Positions 39,480-53,914 of a stretch of DNA of 64,000 bases are shown piece by piece (positions within the stretch are counted from its first letter, which is position 1; every line of letters begins with the position of its first letter). A program made the translations under genes and the position numbers. This DNA is from Nitrospinales bacterium (lineage in GTDB: Bacteria > Nitrospinota > Nitrospinia > Nitrospinales > VA-1), in NCBI GenBank assembly GCA_965262115.1, contig OZ253496.1:736001-800000 (forward strand), given 5' to 3'. Below the pieces are notes generated by a model. The model did no database searches. It had not been told where the DNA came from and saw only the letters and a program-made list of their open reading frames with translations.

Positions 39480-40337
39480 TTACACCCAAACGCAATCGAC
39501 AATCACGAAAATCATGAGCCCGATACTGATGATGCCGTTGACGTTGAAGAAGGCCATATTCACTTTTGACAAATCATCTTTCTTGACCAGCGAATGTTCG
39601 TAAACCAGAAAACCCGCAACCCCCACCACCCCCGCCAGATAAACCGGGCCTAGAAGAACCGTAGGTTCTAATAATACCAGCAGGAACACCACCATCACCG
39701 CATGCGAAGCAAAAGCCATCTTCAAGGCCGTCTCAACCCCGAACCGCTCGGGGATAGAGTGCAACCGGTTCACCCTGTCTGCCTCAACATCCATACACGA
39801 ATAAAGAATGTCGAATCCGACCAGCCAGAAAATCACCGCCGCGCCCAACAAAAGCGAGGTGAAAGAAATTTCTTCGCGGATGGCGACCCAGGCCCCGACC
39901 GGCGCAATAGAGATGGCAAGCCCCAGCCAGAAATGTGAAAACGCGGTGAAGCGTTTCGTCAAAGAATAAAAAAACACGATGATCAAAGCTACGGGAGAAA
40001 GGTAGAAAGCCAGTGGGTTCAGCATCCACGCAGAAAAAACAAACAGAGCAGAAGACGCGATCAGGAAGGCCCAGTAACTGCCCGTGCTGACCAGGCCGGA
40101 AGGCAGAGCCCGGTCCTGGGTGCGCGGGTTTTCCTTATCAAACCGGGAATCGACAATGCGATTAAAAGCCATCGCCGCACTTCTCGCGCCCAGCATGCAG
40201 ACCACGATCCAAACCAGTTTCTCAACTTCCGGCATCCTGCCGGCAGCCAGAAACGCGCTCATCACCGCAAACGGCAAGGCAAACACCGTATGCTGGATCT
40301 TAATGTCCGAAAAAATTATGGCGAGCTTAGTGGGCAA
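39480..40337 (-). CDS. UbiA-family prenyltransferase (MqnP-like)
   Basis: HTVFALPFA, ARSAAMAFNRIVD..D..NPRT..R.LP, GFDILY, AFFNVNG. Confidence 0.9.
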   Translation of the reverse strand: MPTKLAIIFSDIKIQHTVFALPFAVMSAFLAAGRMPEVEKLVWIVVCMLGARSAAMAFNRIVDSRFDKENPRTQDRALPSGLVSTGSYWAFLIASSALFVFSAWMLNPLAFYLSPVALIIVFFYSLTKRFTAFSHFWLGLAISIAPVGAWVAIREEISFTSLLLGAAVIFWLVGFDILYSCMDVEADRVNRLHSIPERFGVETALKMAFASHAVMVVFLLVLLEPTVLLGPVYLAGVVGVAGFLVYEHSLVKKDDLSKVNMAFFNVNGIISIGLMIFVIVDCVWV

Positions 40338-40549
40338 AACTCTTCGTTCTTTCTATTGGAATTTTCTATTTATTCGGTACTTTTCTCTAAAGCCACACCC
40401 ACCCCCGTGGGATGGCGTGATATTCTTCCCTAACATTCATGCTCTGGAGGGGTAGAAAGTCATTGCTAGTCGGGTCCAGCGTCACGCTGGCGGCGGCTAT
40501 GCCAGTTTATGATACAGTGTTCCAATTCCAACGCAAAAACTTTACGCAC

Positions 40550-42295
40550 ATGACTGGTTATAGAAAACTTCTAAAATTACTTTCGCCTTATAAAAAGCCA
40601 TTGATCTTGGGCGCGATCTTCCTGGTCATCGCATCCCTGACCAATCTGGCCGTGCCTCTCTATATCAAAAAGCTGGTCGATGTGGTCATGGTTGAAAAAA
40701 ATATGGCGCTGATGAACAGCCTCACGTTCAGCATCGCCGGACTGTTCCTGATCCAGCTCATCTTTTCCACCGCCCATAATTACCTGTTTGATCTAACCGA
40801 AAAACGCATCATCACCGATTTCCGTATCAAGCTGTTCAAACATTTGCACACACTTTCGCTCAGTTTTTTTGTCAAACGCCGAACCGGTGAAATCGTCTCG
40901 CGCATGACCAACGACATCACCACGATCGAGAACATCGTCACCGACTTGCCGGCCACCCTCCTTCAGCAATCCATCCGTCTGTTCGGCGGCATCATCATAA
41001 TCACTTATATGAACTGGAGACTAACCGGGTTGATACTGGTGCTGGCCCCGGTTCTGGTATTGTTCGCCCGCACCTTCGGACGCAAGCTGAAAAAACTCTC
41101 AACCGAAATTCAGGACAAGCTAGCCGTGTCCACAATCATTCTGGAAGAAAATATTTCCTGCATCCAGATCGTAAAATCCTTTGTCCGGGAAAAACTGGAA
41201 AACGAACGTTTCGGCACAGCCATGGAGGACAGTTTCCAATCCGCTAAAAAACGCGTCATCATCTCTTCGTTTTTTGGGCCCAGCATTGGCTTCATCGCCT
41301 TTTCCACCTCACTCATCCTGCTCTGGTATGGCGGACGGGAAGTGATTCTGGGAGCCATCAGTCCCGGTGAGCTCATCGCCTTCATTCTATACGCCACCAT
41401 CATAGCCGGGCCAATGGGAAGTTTCGCTCGCCTGTACGCGCGCGTGCAGGAAGGCATTGGCGCCAGCAAACGCGTCTTTGAAATTCTGGATATGAAAGGG
41501 GAAGTCAGCAACATCACCAACGCCAAACCCCTGCCCCATATAGATGGCAAAGTTGAATTCAACAATGTGCATTTCCATTACCGTGAAGATCAGGAAATCA
41601 TCAAGGGCATCAGCTTTACCGTAGAACCAGGGCAAACCGTGGCTTTGGTCGGTCCCAGCGGTGCCGGCAAAACCACACTGGGCCAGCTCCTGCACCGGTT
41701 TTATGATCCGGTATCCGGAGAAATCCGGGTGGACGGCATTGTGCTCAAAACCGTGCAACTGAATAGCTACTGGAGTCAAATCGGCGTCGTGCCGCAAGAA
41801 ACCATTCTGTTTGGCAGCACCATCTTAGCGAACATTGAATACGCAAAACCTGGCGTAACAAGAGAAGAACTCGTGCAAGCAGCGAAAGATGCCAACGCGC
41901 ACAACTTCATCATGGAATGTCCAGACGGCTATGAAACGGTCGTCGGTGAGAAAGGCATCCGCCTGTCGGCCGGGCAAAGGCAACGCATCGCCATTGCCCG
42001 GGCGATTCTAAAAGACCCGCGCATCCTGATTTTGGATGAGGCCACCTCTGCACTCGATAACGAATCTGAATTGCTGATCCAGGACGCGCTGGAGCGGTTG
42101 ATGAAAGGCAGGACATCATTCATCATCGCGCACCGGTTATCGACCATTCACAACGCCGAGCGAATTATCGTTTTAGATAAAGGAAAGCTGGTCGAAAGCG
42201 GCAACCATGCCCAGCTTATGGAACAAGAAGGCATCTATCACAAACTCTACACCCTCAAAAGCCTGCAAACCAGCGTGACGCTGGACTCTAATTAG
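40550..42295 (+). CDS. MsbA-like ABC transporter (TMD + NBD)
   Basis: GPSGAGKTT, LSAGQRQR, ILDEATS; start MTGYRK inferred from the paralog at 54851. Confidence 0.92.
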   Translation: MTGYRKLLKLLSPYKKPLILGAIFLVIASLTNLAVPLYIKKLVDVVMVEKNMALMNSLTFSIAGLFLIQLIFSTAHNYLFDLTEKRIITDFRIKLFKHLHTLSLSFFVKRRTGEIVSRMTNDITTIENIVTDLPATLLQQSIRLFGGIIIITYMNWRLTGLILVLAPVLVLFARTFGRKLKKLSTEIQDKLAVSTIILEENISCIQIVKSFVREKLENERFGTAMEDSFQSAKKRVIISSFFGPSIGFIAFSTSLILLWYGGREVILGAISPGELIAFILYATIIAGPMGSFARLYARVQEGIGASKRVFEILDMKGEVSNITNAKPLPHIDGKVEFNNVHFHYREDQEIIKGISFTVEPGQTVALVGPSGAGKTTLGQLLHRFYDPVSGEIRVDGIVLKTVQLNSYWSQIGVVPQETILFGSTILANIEYAKPGVTREELVQAAKDANAHNFIMECPDGYETVVGEKGIRLSAGQRQRIAIARAILKDPRILILDEATSALDNESELLIQDALERLMKGRTSFIIAHRLSTIHNAERIIVLDKGKLVESGNHAQLMEQEGIYHKLYTLKSLQTSVTLDSN

Positions 42296-42372
42296 CACGT
42301 GATATTCTTCCGTAGCTGTGATGTCCTCTTCCTTAAACTTCATGCCCGGCACGGGTACTTCGTGCCCCGGGG
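42270..42372 (-). repeat. Host repeat modules A and B
   Basis: CCAGCGTGACGCTGG at 42270-42284; reverse complement of 42296-42372 matches 1645-1718. Confidence 0.8.
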
Positions 42373-42678
42373 GGCAATAACTTTCACAGCACTCAAACCG
42401 TTTAGGCGGCATAATAAGCTATCGCTATTTGCCTCCCTCGCAGAGGGTGATCGAGGAAAGCGAAGTCCCCAGCGACTAACCCGTCTTTAAGTTTACCGAC
42501 CTCGAAGCTCCCAAGTAGTCGAATAGTTTTCCCGTTCCAAAAATTTTATTGCCGGAACCGGTTCCGTGCCGGGATGTTGATTTTTGGCAAAGTTGGTTAG
42601 ACACGGGCTATCCACAATTTAAAAACCTGTTTTCGGAAAAAAAGTTAAAAAAATCGTATTTTTATTGATATTTAGGTC

Positions 42679-42707
42679 TTGCTTTTCAAATTTTCAGGGT
42701 CTATTAT
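42679..42707 (+). promoter_or_regulatory. rRNA operon promoter (copy at 56048-56076)
   Basis: TTGCTT-17 bp-TATTAT with AT-rich upstream sequence; boxA-like GCTCTTTGAAAA near 42868. Confidence 0.6.
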
Positions 42708-42957
42708 TATCGAGTTGATGAATTTGCCTGCAATCTTTATCTGAAAGTTTTTTCCGGACAAAATTTTGGAAAAGGCTTTCAAATAGAGATTTCTTGCCTT
42801 TTTTTCAGAAAACAAATCAGTTGAAATATTATCCAAACTGCGTAAACTGTTGCGCTTTTTGGACTTCGCTCTTTGAAAATTGAATAGGTGTCAAAAGATG
42901 TTGCGGGTCTAGCAACAATTACTTTGAAGTAAAATTGGATTAAATTTCCATGTTTTA

Positions 42958-44487
<1,530 letters not shown>

Positions 44488-44606
44488 CACTTATCACTTT
44501 TAGTGATACAGCGCTATCTAGATCGATACCTGCAATGTCTTTGGCACCTATTCTTTCTTAATTATTAGGACACTTCAAAATTGGAAGTGCGCTTTAAGCC
44601 TATGAC

Positions 44607-44683
<77 letters not shown>

Positions 44684-44816
44684 CTGCTAGCCGCAGGGGC
44701 AGTGAGCAATCGCTTTTTATGGGGGACAAAAAGTTGTCTCGGCTTAAAGGGGTATTGCTAATCCAGCCCTCCCCCACGAGAGTGGGTATGGAGTTTGAGT
44801 CTGAAGATCCCGTAAC

Positions 44817-44889
44817 GGGGGTGTAGCTCAGTTGGGAGAGCGCCTGCCTTGCACGCAGGAGGTCATCGGTTCGATCCCGTTCACCTCCA
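44817..44889 (+). tRNA. tRNA-Ala(TGC), CCA not encoded
   Basis: GGGGGTGTAGCTCAG..TTGCAC..CACCTCCA. Confidence 0.96.
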
Positions 44890-45003
44890 TACTCCGGATT
44901 TGTGAGTGTCAATAAAAGTTTAGTTTTTTTTGAAAAAGCCCCTGGCGGGGCGAATGTTCTTTGACAATTGAATATAGTTTGAAGTAGCTGAGGATAAAAT
45001 TTT

Positions 45004-48034
<3,031 letters not shown>

Positions 48035-48090
48035 TTATTTTTTCCCCACTACTTCAGACTAATTCAATTGTTAATTCTAAAAATCGGATT

Positions 48091-48208
<118 letters not shown>

Positions 48209-48369
48209 TTTTATTCAAAACGCCGTCAGCTTTATGCTGACGGCACTCCTGCCGATAAACTCAATGAAGCCTTAAATCTACTTTCCCTGGCATTCCAGGT
48301 TTTCACCAGGCTTTTTGCGGATTCCAGGCTGGTCAATAAAATTTGCCACGGCTCTTCATGTAGAACCGA

Positions 48370-48692
48370 GACTAAAGTATGTCATTTCATTTTCTCCAAA
48401 CCAAACCAGATCAGGGTAGTCACAAGGTTTGTTGGGGGGGGGGGCTGTTTTACCTTTCCCAGGCAGTAGAAGCACACCCGAACAGGATATACGGGTAGGT
48501 AAAGTTACGAGCACACTTAAGGCATCCGGCGAAGTTTTTGACTGGATGGAAATTACCGGAGAACTGTTGAAGATTTAGAGAGAGGCCTAGTTTTATATAA
48601 AAGATTCGGATTTTAAATCAAAATCAACTTTTTCACTGCAAACGGGGAAAATTAAAGATACCACCCCTCTAACCCTACCCGTCGGCCAATAA
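48370..48692 (+). pseudogene. Decayed 3' remnant of the 35780..36877 lipoprotein gene
   Basis: ACCAGATCAGGGTAGTCAC, TTCCCAGGCAGTAGAAG, TTTGACTGGATGGAA, CCCGTCGGCCAATAA align with ~36490-36877. Confidence 0.8.
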
Positions 48693-49164
48693 GCTACGGT
48701 TATTATCCGTTCGCCTTTTAAGATCGCTTCTTTTGCCCATCAAATTGTCGATAAAAAGTTTGCCATCCAAGTGATCTATTTCATGTTGAACAGCTCGTGC
48801 TTCATATCCCTCCATTTGGTAAGTCACATTCTTACCAAACCTGTTTTGGGCATCAACCTTGATAAATTGTGAACGATTAACCTTCCCTTCCAATGTTATT
48901 TCCTTCGTAGAAAGTAATAACTGGATTAACCAGAACCAAACGACCATGATTCTTGTGTTGCGGGCGGGAAGAAACATCAACAACAACTATCCGTCTGAAA
49001 AAACCTGCCTGAGGAGCCGCAATTCCTACGCACCCCAGTAGAGCCATTAAAGTTTCTTCCAAATCAGAAATATAACTTTCGACATAGGCATCAAAAGTTT
49101 CAACAGGTTGAGATACCTGTCTTAACCTTTTATCTGGATAAACCAGAATTTCAAGCCTGGCCAT
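48675..49164 (-). pseudogene. def: Second peptide deformylase, frameshifting deletion of the catalytic Cys motif
   Basis: GIAAPQ..NIGREG then stop; KVNRSQ..QHEIDHLDG in another frame; CLSVPDYTG segment missing. Confidence 0.88.
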
Positions 49165-49689
49165 TTAACCTACCATAGCGTCAATGGGAACCAAATGTAC
49201 AACAATATCCTTTTCAGTTTTTAAGGGTTGCAGGCACCCTTCCAAACTTGAAAAATCACAATCTGCCACTCCTTCGATATGCATTATATAAATGGGCTTA
49301 TCCGGACTTCCTACGACATCTGATTCAAGGTTTAAAATATTTATATTTAATTTTGCTAACGAGTCCGTTACTATCGCAACAATTCCAGTCTTATCAGCAC
49401 CGTGAACACTCAACCTGAAATCAGGTTCAACATGTTGGTGCAAATCACCTGTAATTTTATTGATATGAAAAAACAAATCCATTTTTTCCCCCAGAGGACG
49501 CAGCAAATTTTCAATCTCCTCTTCTTTAATACCGATTTGCAACATAAGCATTATAGTAAAGTTTCTTCCCAATCGTGCCATCGAAGCTTCACCCAAATTT
49601 CCTCCTGCTTTAAATAAAATTTGACTGCCTTCTGCGACAATCCCGGGACGATCTTTTCCTACCGCAGTTAGCATATACCAGCTTCGCAT
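49165..49689 (-). CDS. Tandem ACT-domain protein, second copy
   Basis: VGKDRPGIVA, HQHVEPD, NILNLESDV, PIDAMVG; collinear with 37426..37950. Confidence 0.87.
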   Translation of the reverse strand: MRSWYMLTAVGKDRPGIVAEGSQILFKAGGNLGEASMARLGRNFTIMLMLQIGIKEEEIENLLRPLGEKMDLFFHINKITGDLHQHVEPDFRLSVHGADKTGIVAIVTDSLAKLNINILNLESDVVGSPDKPIYIMHIEGVADCDFSSLEGCLQPLKTEKDIVVHLVPIDAMVG

Positions 49690-49699
49690 TAAACCCCTC

Positions 49700-49790
49700 T
49701 ATCCATTTTGATTTTCCAACTCTATTTGAAATAATTCCAGAGCCTCTTTTATTCTTTCAACTACAAATCTTTTTTTGGTCGGCGTGGCAT
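49700..49790 (-). pseudogene. 3' remnant of the 37969..38226 hypothetical gene
   Basis: PTKKRFVVER/KEALELFQ versus PTDKRFVASRYKEALALFQ. Confidence 0.55.
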
Positions 49791-49933
49791 TTTCCTAATC
49801 TACTGATACGCTATTCTTTATAACTAAAAAATCAAAACATCAAACAGGCAGGCCTCCAATGCCTCGCAAACTCATAACTCCAGCACGCTCACAGTACCTT
49901 CATCCTCTCATGCCAGCCATACAGCAGATATCA

Positions 49934-52297
49934 TCAAAACCGTACCTTCATGTTGAGATATCCCGCAACAGAGTCCTCCTGTCCTGACCTGTGCATGTAC
50001 TCAACATCTCCCCCAAAGACAATGTCATCGTCAAGGGAATAGTCCAGTTTCAGACCGGCATAACCACCATGAATCATATCATCGCCCGGGATCCGGTAAG
50101 AAACAATATCCCCGTCACCCAAACGGGCACCGCCACGGTCGCCACCGTAATACGCGATTGTCCCACCACCACGCAACTCAACCTCTCCACGACCATCGGC
50201 AAAACCTCGTGTCAAAGCAAGCTGCGTACGGGCATCCACAATATTCGTGTTGCGGTGCATGAAGTTGATATTCGAATGCACAGTACCTTCCTCCGTATAA
50301 CTACCAAAACGCCCGTAGGTGTAAGCCAGCTGCACACCAGGACGCAACTCAAAACCATCACCCAGTGAATGGGCATACGTCATCGACAAAGACGGACTGA
50401 CATAAAAACTGTCGTAATCTCCCTTCGCTGTCTCATATCCGGATAGATTACGCACCAGACGCTCACTGTCATGAGATGCGTACCCCAGCATTAATGAACC
50501 ATCCAGAGTGAACCCGTCATTTGAATGCTCCCCATAAACCCCGAAAAACACACGGCTGGCAAAATCCCGGACAGAAGTCGCAGAGGTACGAATGTCTCCC
50601 CGACCCCCACCTGCGAATACCCCCGCACGCACTCCATCCGACAGACCCGGAATATCATACCCCAGAACACCCCCATAAAAATTATGACGCCAGGATTGAG
50701 CAAGACCCTCTCCACCACGTTTCATATAACTACCTGAAAAACTCCCCCAGACACCCTCGCCAGACTCACCCCCCCCAGGCGACGCGAGATGTTGAAATAC
50801 CCGACGGTGAATCCGGCCTGTGGTCGCACCCAAAGTGATACGGGTGGCGGATTGCCCTGTCGGGTCAACCAAAACCACCAGAGTATTACCCGCATCACTA
50901 TGTCGTATCTCCAACCTTTCCATCTTCGAACACATGTAGTCTTCGCCCACAAACTCCGAACACAGGTTGACCTCCTCTGCCCCCTTAAAAAAATACGTCG
51001 CCGAATGCGGGTAATCCGCGTAAACTTCCACCACATCGTTGTCTTCTTTCTCCGCAAGTTCCATAACGAGGGTTAAAATATCCTCAGGGGTAGCATCGTT
51101 GCTCGCAGGTTTCCCAGCGCGTTTTAAAAAATCCCTAGCCTCAACCCTGCTCTTAGCCTTGTCGTCACCCCCAAAGTCCTCCTCAACGCGTTTTAAAAGA
51201 TCCCTAGCCTCGTCACCCCCAAGGTCGACTCGCCCAACAACACTCGCCCCTTGCAAAAGCTTCAACGTCTGACTGCCGCGAAAAGAACCTTTCACCGCAT
51301 AAGAACCCGCGCCGGCTGCCGATACACTACCGCCAATCACAATCCGGGCATTACCCCCCGCATAAATACCATGGGACTTATCCCCACTTGTTGTAATTGA
51401 GCCAGTGCTCGTGATCTTCGTTCCGGAGGACTCCTTCCCGTTGGGGGTCCGCGGCAAATAAATACCATGGGACTTATCCCCACTTGTTGTAATTGAGCCA
51501 CTGTTCGTGATAGTCGTTCCGATGAGGGAAGGGTCGGAGATCGCCGCCGCATAAATACCATGGGAATTACCCCCAAACGTTTTTATTACACCTGTTGCAC
51601 TATTCGTGATAGTCACGTCATTACCCCGAGTAACACCAATACCTTTGGAAGCAGTGCTCATGATTCTAGATCTCGTCAGCCCTGGTAGTTGTTCGGTGGT
51701 GCCAACTGTTATCTTGCCGCTATTTATGATAGTCACGTTATTGCCGGACGACGATAAAATACCGGAGGAGGCCCCACCTATTGTCTTGTCGTCCGGAAAT
51801 AACGTGACATCCCTGATCACATCTGTTATCTCGCCTCTATTCTCGATCCTCACGCCATGGCCGAACGATAAAATACCGGTGAAACTACGTGCATTCTTAG
51901 TGGAAGGTCTCAACTCTATTACACCTGTTTTACCATTGGTGATAGCCGCACCTGGACCCATAGATAAAACACCACTGCCTATATCTAGCGAGTCGGCGGC
52001 TACAGTAACCGCAATCGTACCGTTATTGGTGAGATTGGTACCCGCAGCAGTAAAATTAACAACAGTGCTTGTGCATTTTGTGCCCTCCGAAATGGTCATC
52101 TTATTCGCCGAAACGGTCCCCCTCGGCACTGTGCTATCCGGATTCGAGCAAAAACTTGGTAACATATCCTGGGCAAAAACAGGCCCTGATGAAAAAAAAG
52201 ACAAACCAGACACAAAAGCCAGTACAATCGCACTCTGCTGAAATAACAAGGTAAAACTAAAACTGGATTTCTCACTTCTTTTCAATGATGCAGACAT
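49934..52297 (-). CDS. Autotransporter (type Va-like) protein
   Basis: Extended signal region ending VFA-Q, beta-helix-like repeats (ITNSGSITTSGDKSHGIY), C-terminal amphipathic barrel ending KVRF. Confidence 0.85.
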   Translation of the reverse strand: MSASLKRSEKSSFSFTLLFQQSAIVLAFVSGLSFFSSGPVFAQDMLPSFCSNPDSTVPRGTVSANKMTISEGTKCTSTVVNFTAAGTNLTNNGTIAVTVAADSLDIGSGVLSMGPGAAITNGKTGVIELRPSTKNARSFTGILSFGHGVRIENRGEITDVIRDVTLFPDDKTIGGASSGILSSSGNNVTIINSGKITVGTTEQLPGLTRSRIMSTASKGIGVTRGNDVTITNSATGVIKTFGGNSHGIYAAAISDPSLIGTTITNSGSITTSGDKSHGIYLPRTPNGKESSGTKITSTGSITTSGDKSHGIYAGGNARIVIGGSVSAAGAGSYAVKGSFRGSQTLKLLQGASVVGRVDLGGDEARDLLKRVEEDFGGDDKAKSRVEARDFLKRAGKPASNDATPEDILTLVMELAEKEDNDVVEVYADYPHSATYFFKGAEEVNLCSEFVGEDYMCSKMERLEIRHSDAGNTLVVLVDPTGQSATRITLGATTGRIHRRVFQHLASPGGGESGEGVWGSFSGSYMKRGGEGLAQSWRHNFYGGVLGYDIPGLSDGVRAGVFAGGGRGDIRTSATSVRDFASRVFFGVYGEHSNDGFTLDGSLMLGYASHDSERLVRNLSGYETAKGDYDSFYVSPSLSMTYAHSLGDGFELRPGVQLAYTYGRFGSYTEEGTVHSNINFMHRNTNIVDARTQLALTRGFADGRGEVELRGGGTIAYYGGDRGGARLGDGDIVSYRIPGDDMIHGGYAGLKLDYSLDDDIVFGGDVEYMHRSGQEDSVAGYLNMKVRF

Positions 52298-52718
52298 CCC
52301 CCCTCCATTTCTTATCTTAACTGTTTTATTAATTCTTATATCTTATTAATGCTTATTTTAATTCTTATATCCTTACTACTTATTAATTGACAAGCTTATA
52401 TTTCCGGCACAACAGATCCCGATTTGAGCCCAAACCAGTCCAGTCATACCTGATTTCCCAGGTATACCAAGGCTGGTTGGTTAGCAAAGATTAAACCAGC
52501 AATACCCGCACGGAACTGTAACTCATTTTTGATTAAAAAACAATTACTTTTCTTTCAATTTTTTTCAACAAACTTGCACGGAGAATCGTCTAGCCACCCG
52601 AACGTTCTTAATGCCTTTTTGCCTTACCCGGCTATTCAGGCGAGTCAGAATATAGCAACTTAATACGCTTGATCCGGGTCCGTGCCGAGAACCTGACTAT
52701 CAGCTTCCCGAGTCTCCA

Positions 52719-53825
52719 CTAACCTCCTGCCGCCCCACTCCCCACTTTTCCATAAAGCGTATCCCTTTCAACCGCGTTTCTACCTGCTTCCGCAATCATC
52801 CTCACAATCTGACCCTGATGGAAAATCTGGTCTGTGGCCGCTCCGGCCGCGTGGATGATTTTTTCCTCAACAACTGTTCCATCCATATCATCTGCACCAA
52901 AGGATTGCGCTAACTGTGCTATTTTTGGCGTAATCATTATCCAGAAAGCTTTAATATGTGGAAAATTATCCAACATCAATCTGGAAACTGCCAATGCCCT
53001 TAAATCCAGTTGACCCGGTGTGGTCTTTAAAAATTCCAGCACCGTATTTTCAGGATGAAAGGCCAGCGGGATAAAGGTGACAAATCCTTTTGTGCGATCC
53101 TGCAGTTCCCGCAACCGAACTAAATGGTCAGCTCTTTCTTCCACAGTCTCCAGGTGACCGTATAACATCGTTGCATTACTTTTTAGTCCCAGCTCATGTG
53201 CCGTTTCATGAACACTCAACCAGTGTTCCCCGATTAATTTCTCACCGCAAATCTTTTTTCGCACTCTTTTGGCAAAAATCTCCGCACCCCCTCCAGGGAT
53301 TGATCCCAGGCCGGCTTCTTTAAGTATCATCAGGGTTTCATTCAAGGGAAGTTTGGCCATTTCTGCCAGATAACCCAGTTCAATGGCAGTGAAAGCCTGA
53401 ATGTGAACTTCAGGAAAACGCTCTTTCAATCCCTTCAACATATCCAGGTAATACTCAAAAGGCAGATCAGGATGCAGCCCCCCTACAATATGAAACTCGC
53501 TGACATCGCCACCATTATATTTTTCCGCATCTGAGAAAATCTCATCCAAAGACTTTTCATAAGCATGAGGATGATCCTCTTTCACCCCAAACGCGCAAAA
53601 CTGGCAACTGTGTATACAAATATTGGTAGGGTTGATATGACGGTTGTGAATAAAATAGGTCGTATCCCCATTCATCCTCTCACGAACATGATTAGCCAGA
53701 TAACCCACACCCAAAAGATCCGGACTATTCCAAAGCATCACCCCGTTTTCTAAAGACAGTCGCTCCTGAGCTCTTACTTTTTCATATATAGAATTCAGGT
53801 TTTTATCTTCAAACTCAAAAAGCAT
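52719..53825 (-). CDS. mqnE: MqnE, second intact copy
   Basis: CIHSCQFC radical SAM motif; collinear with 38265..39377. Confidence 0.9.
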   Translation of the reverse strand: MLFEFEDKNLNSIYEKVRAQERLSLENGVMLWNSPDLLGVGYLANHVRERMNGDTTYFIHNRHINPTNICIHSCQFCAFGVKEDHPHAYEKSLDEIFSDAEKYNGGDVSEFHIVGGLHPDLPFEYYLDMLKGLKERFPEVHIQAFTAIELGYLAEMAKLPLNETLMILKEAGLGSIPGGGAEIFAKRVRKKICGEKLIGEHWLSVHETAHELGLKSNATMLYGHLETVEERADHLVRLRELQDRTKGFVTFIPLAFHPENTVLEFLKTTPGQLDLRALAVSRLMLDNFPHIKAFWIMITPKIAQLAQSFGADDMDGTVVEEKIIHAAGAATDQIFHQGQIVRMIAEAGRNAVERDTLYGKVGSGAAGG

Positions 53826-53914
53826 AAAAAGTCACACGCGTTAAATTAATAATCAGGGAGCAAAAATTATACCGGACTTCACGTTAATGAGGAATAAAGT
53901 AATTGAGCAACCAT

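Noticed and set aside
40439..40549. Long N-terminal extensions in the ORF track (also 16542-16694 and 15313-15384)
   Set aside because: They overlap repeats or neighbouring genes; paralog or family starts lie downstream.
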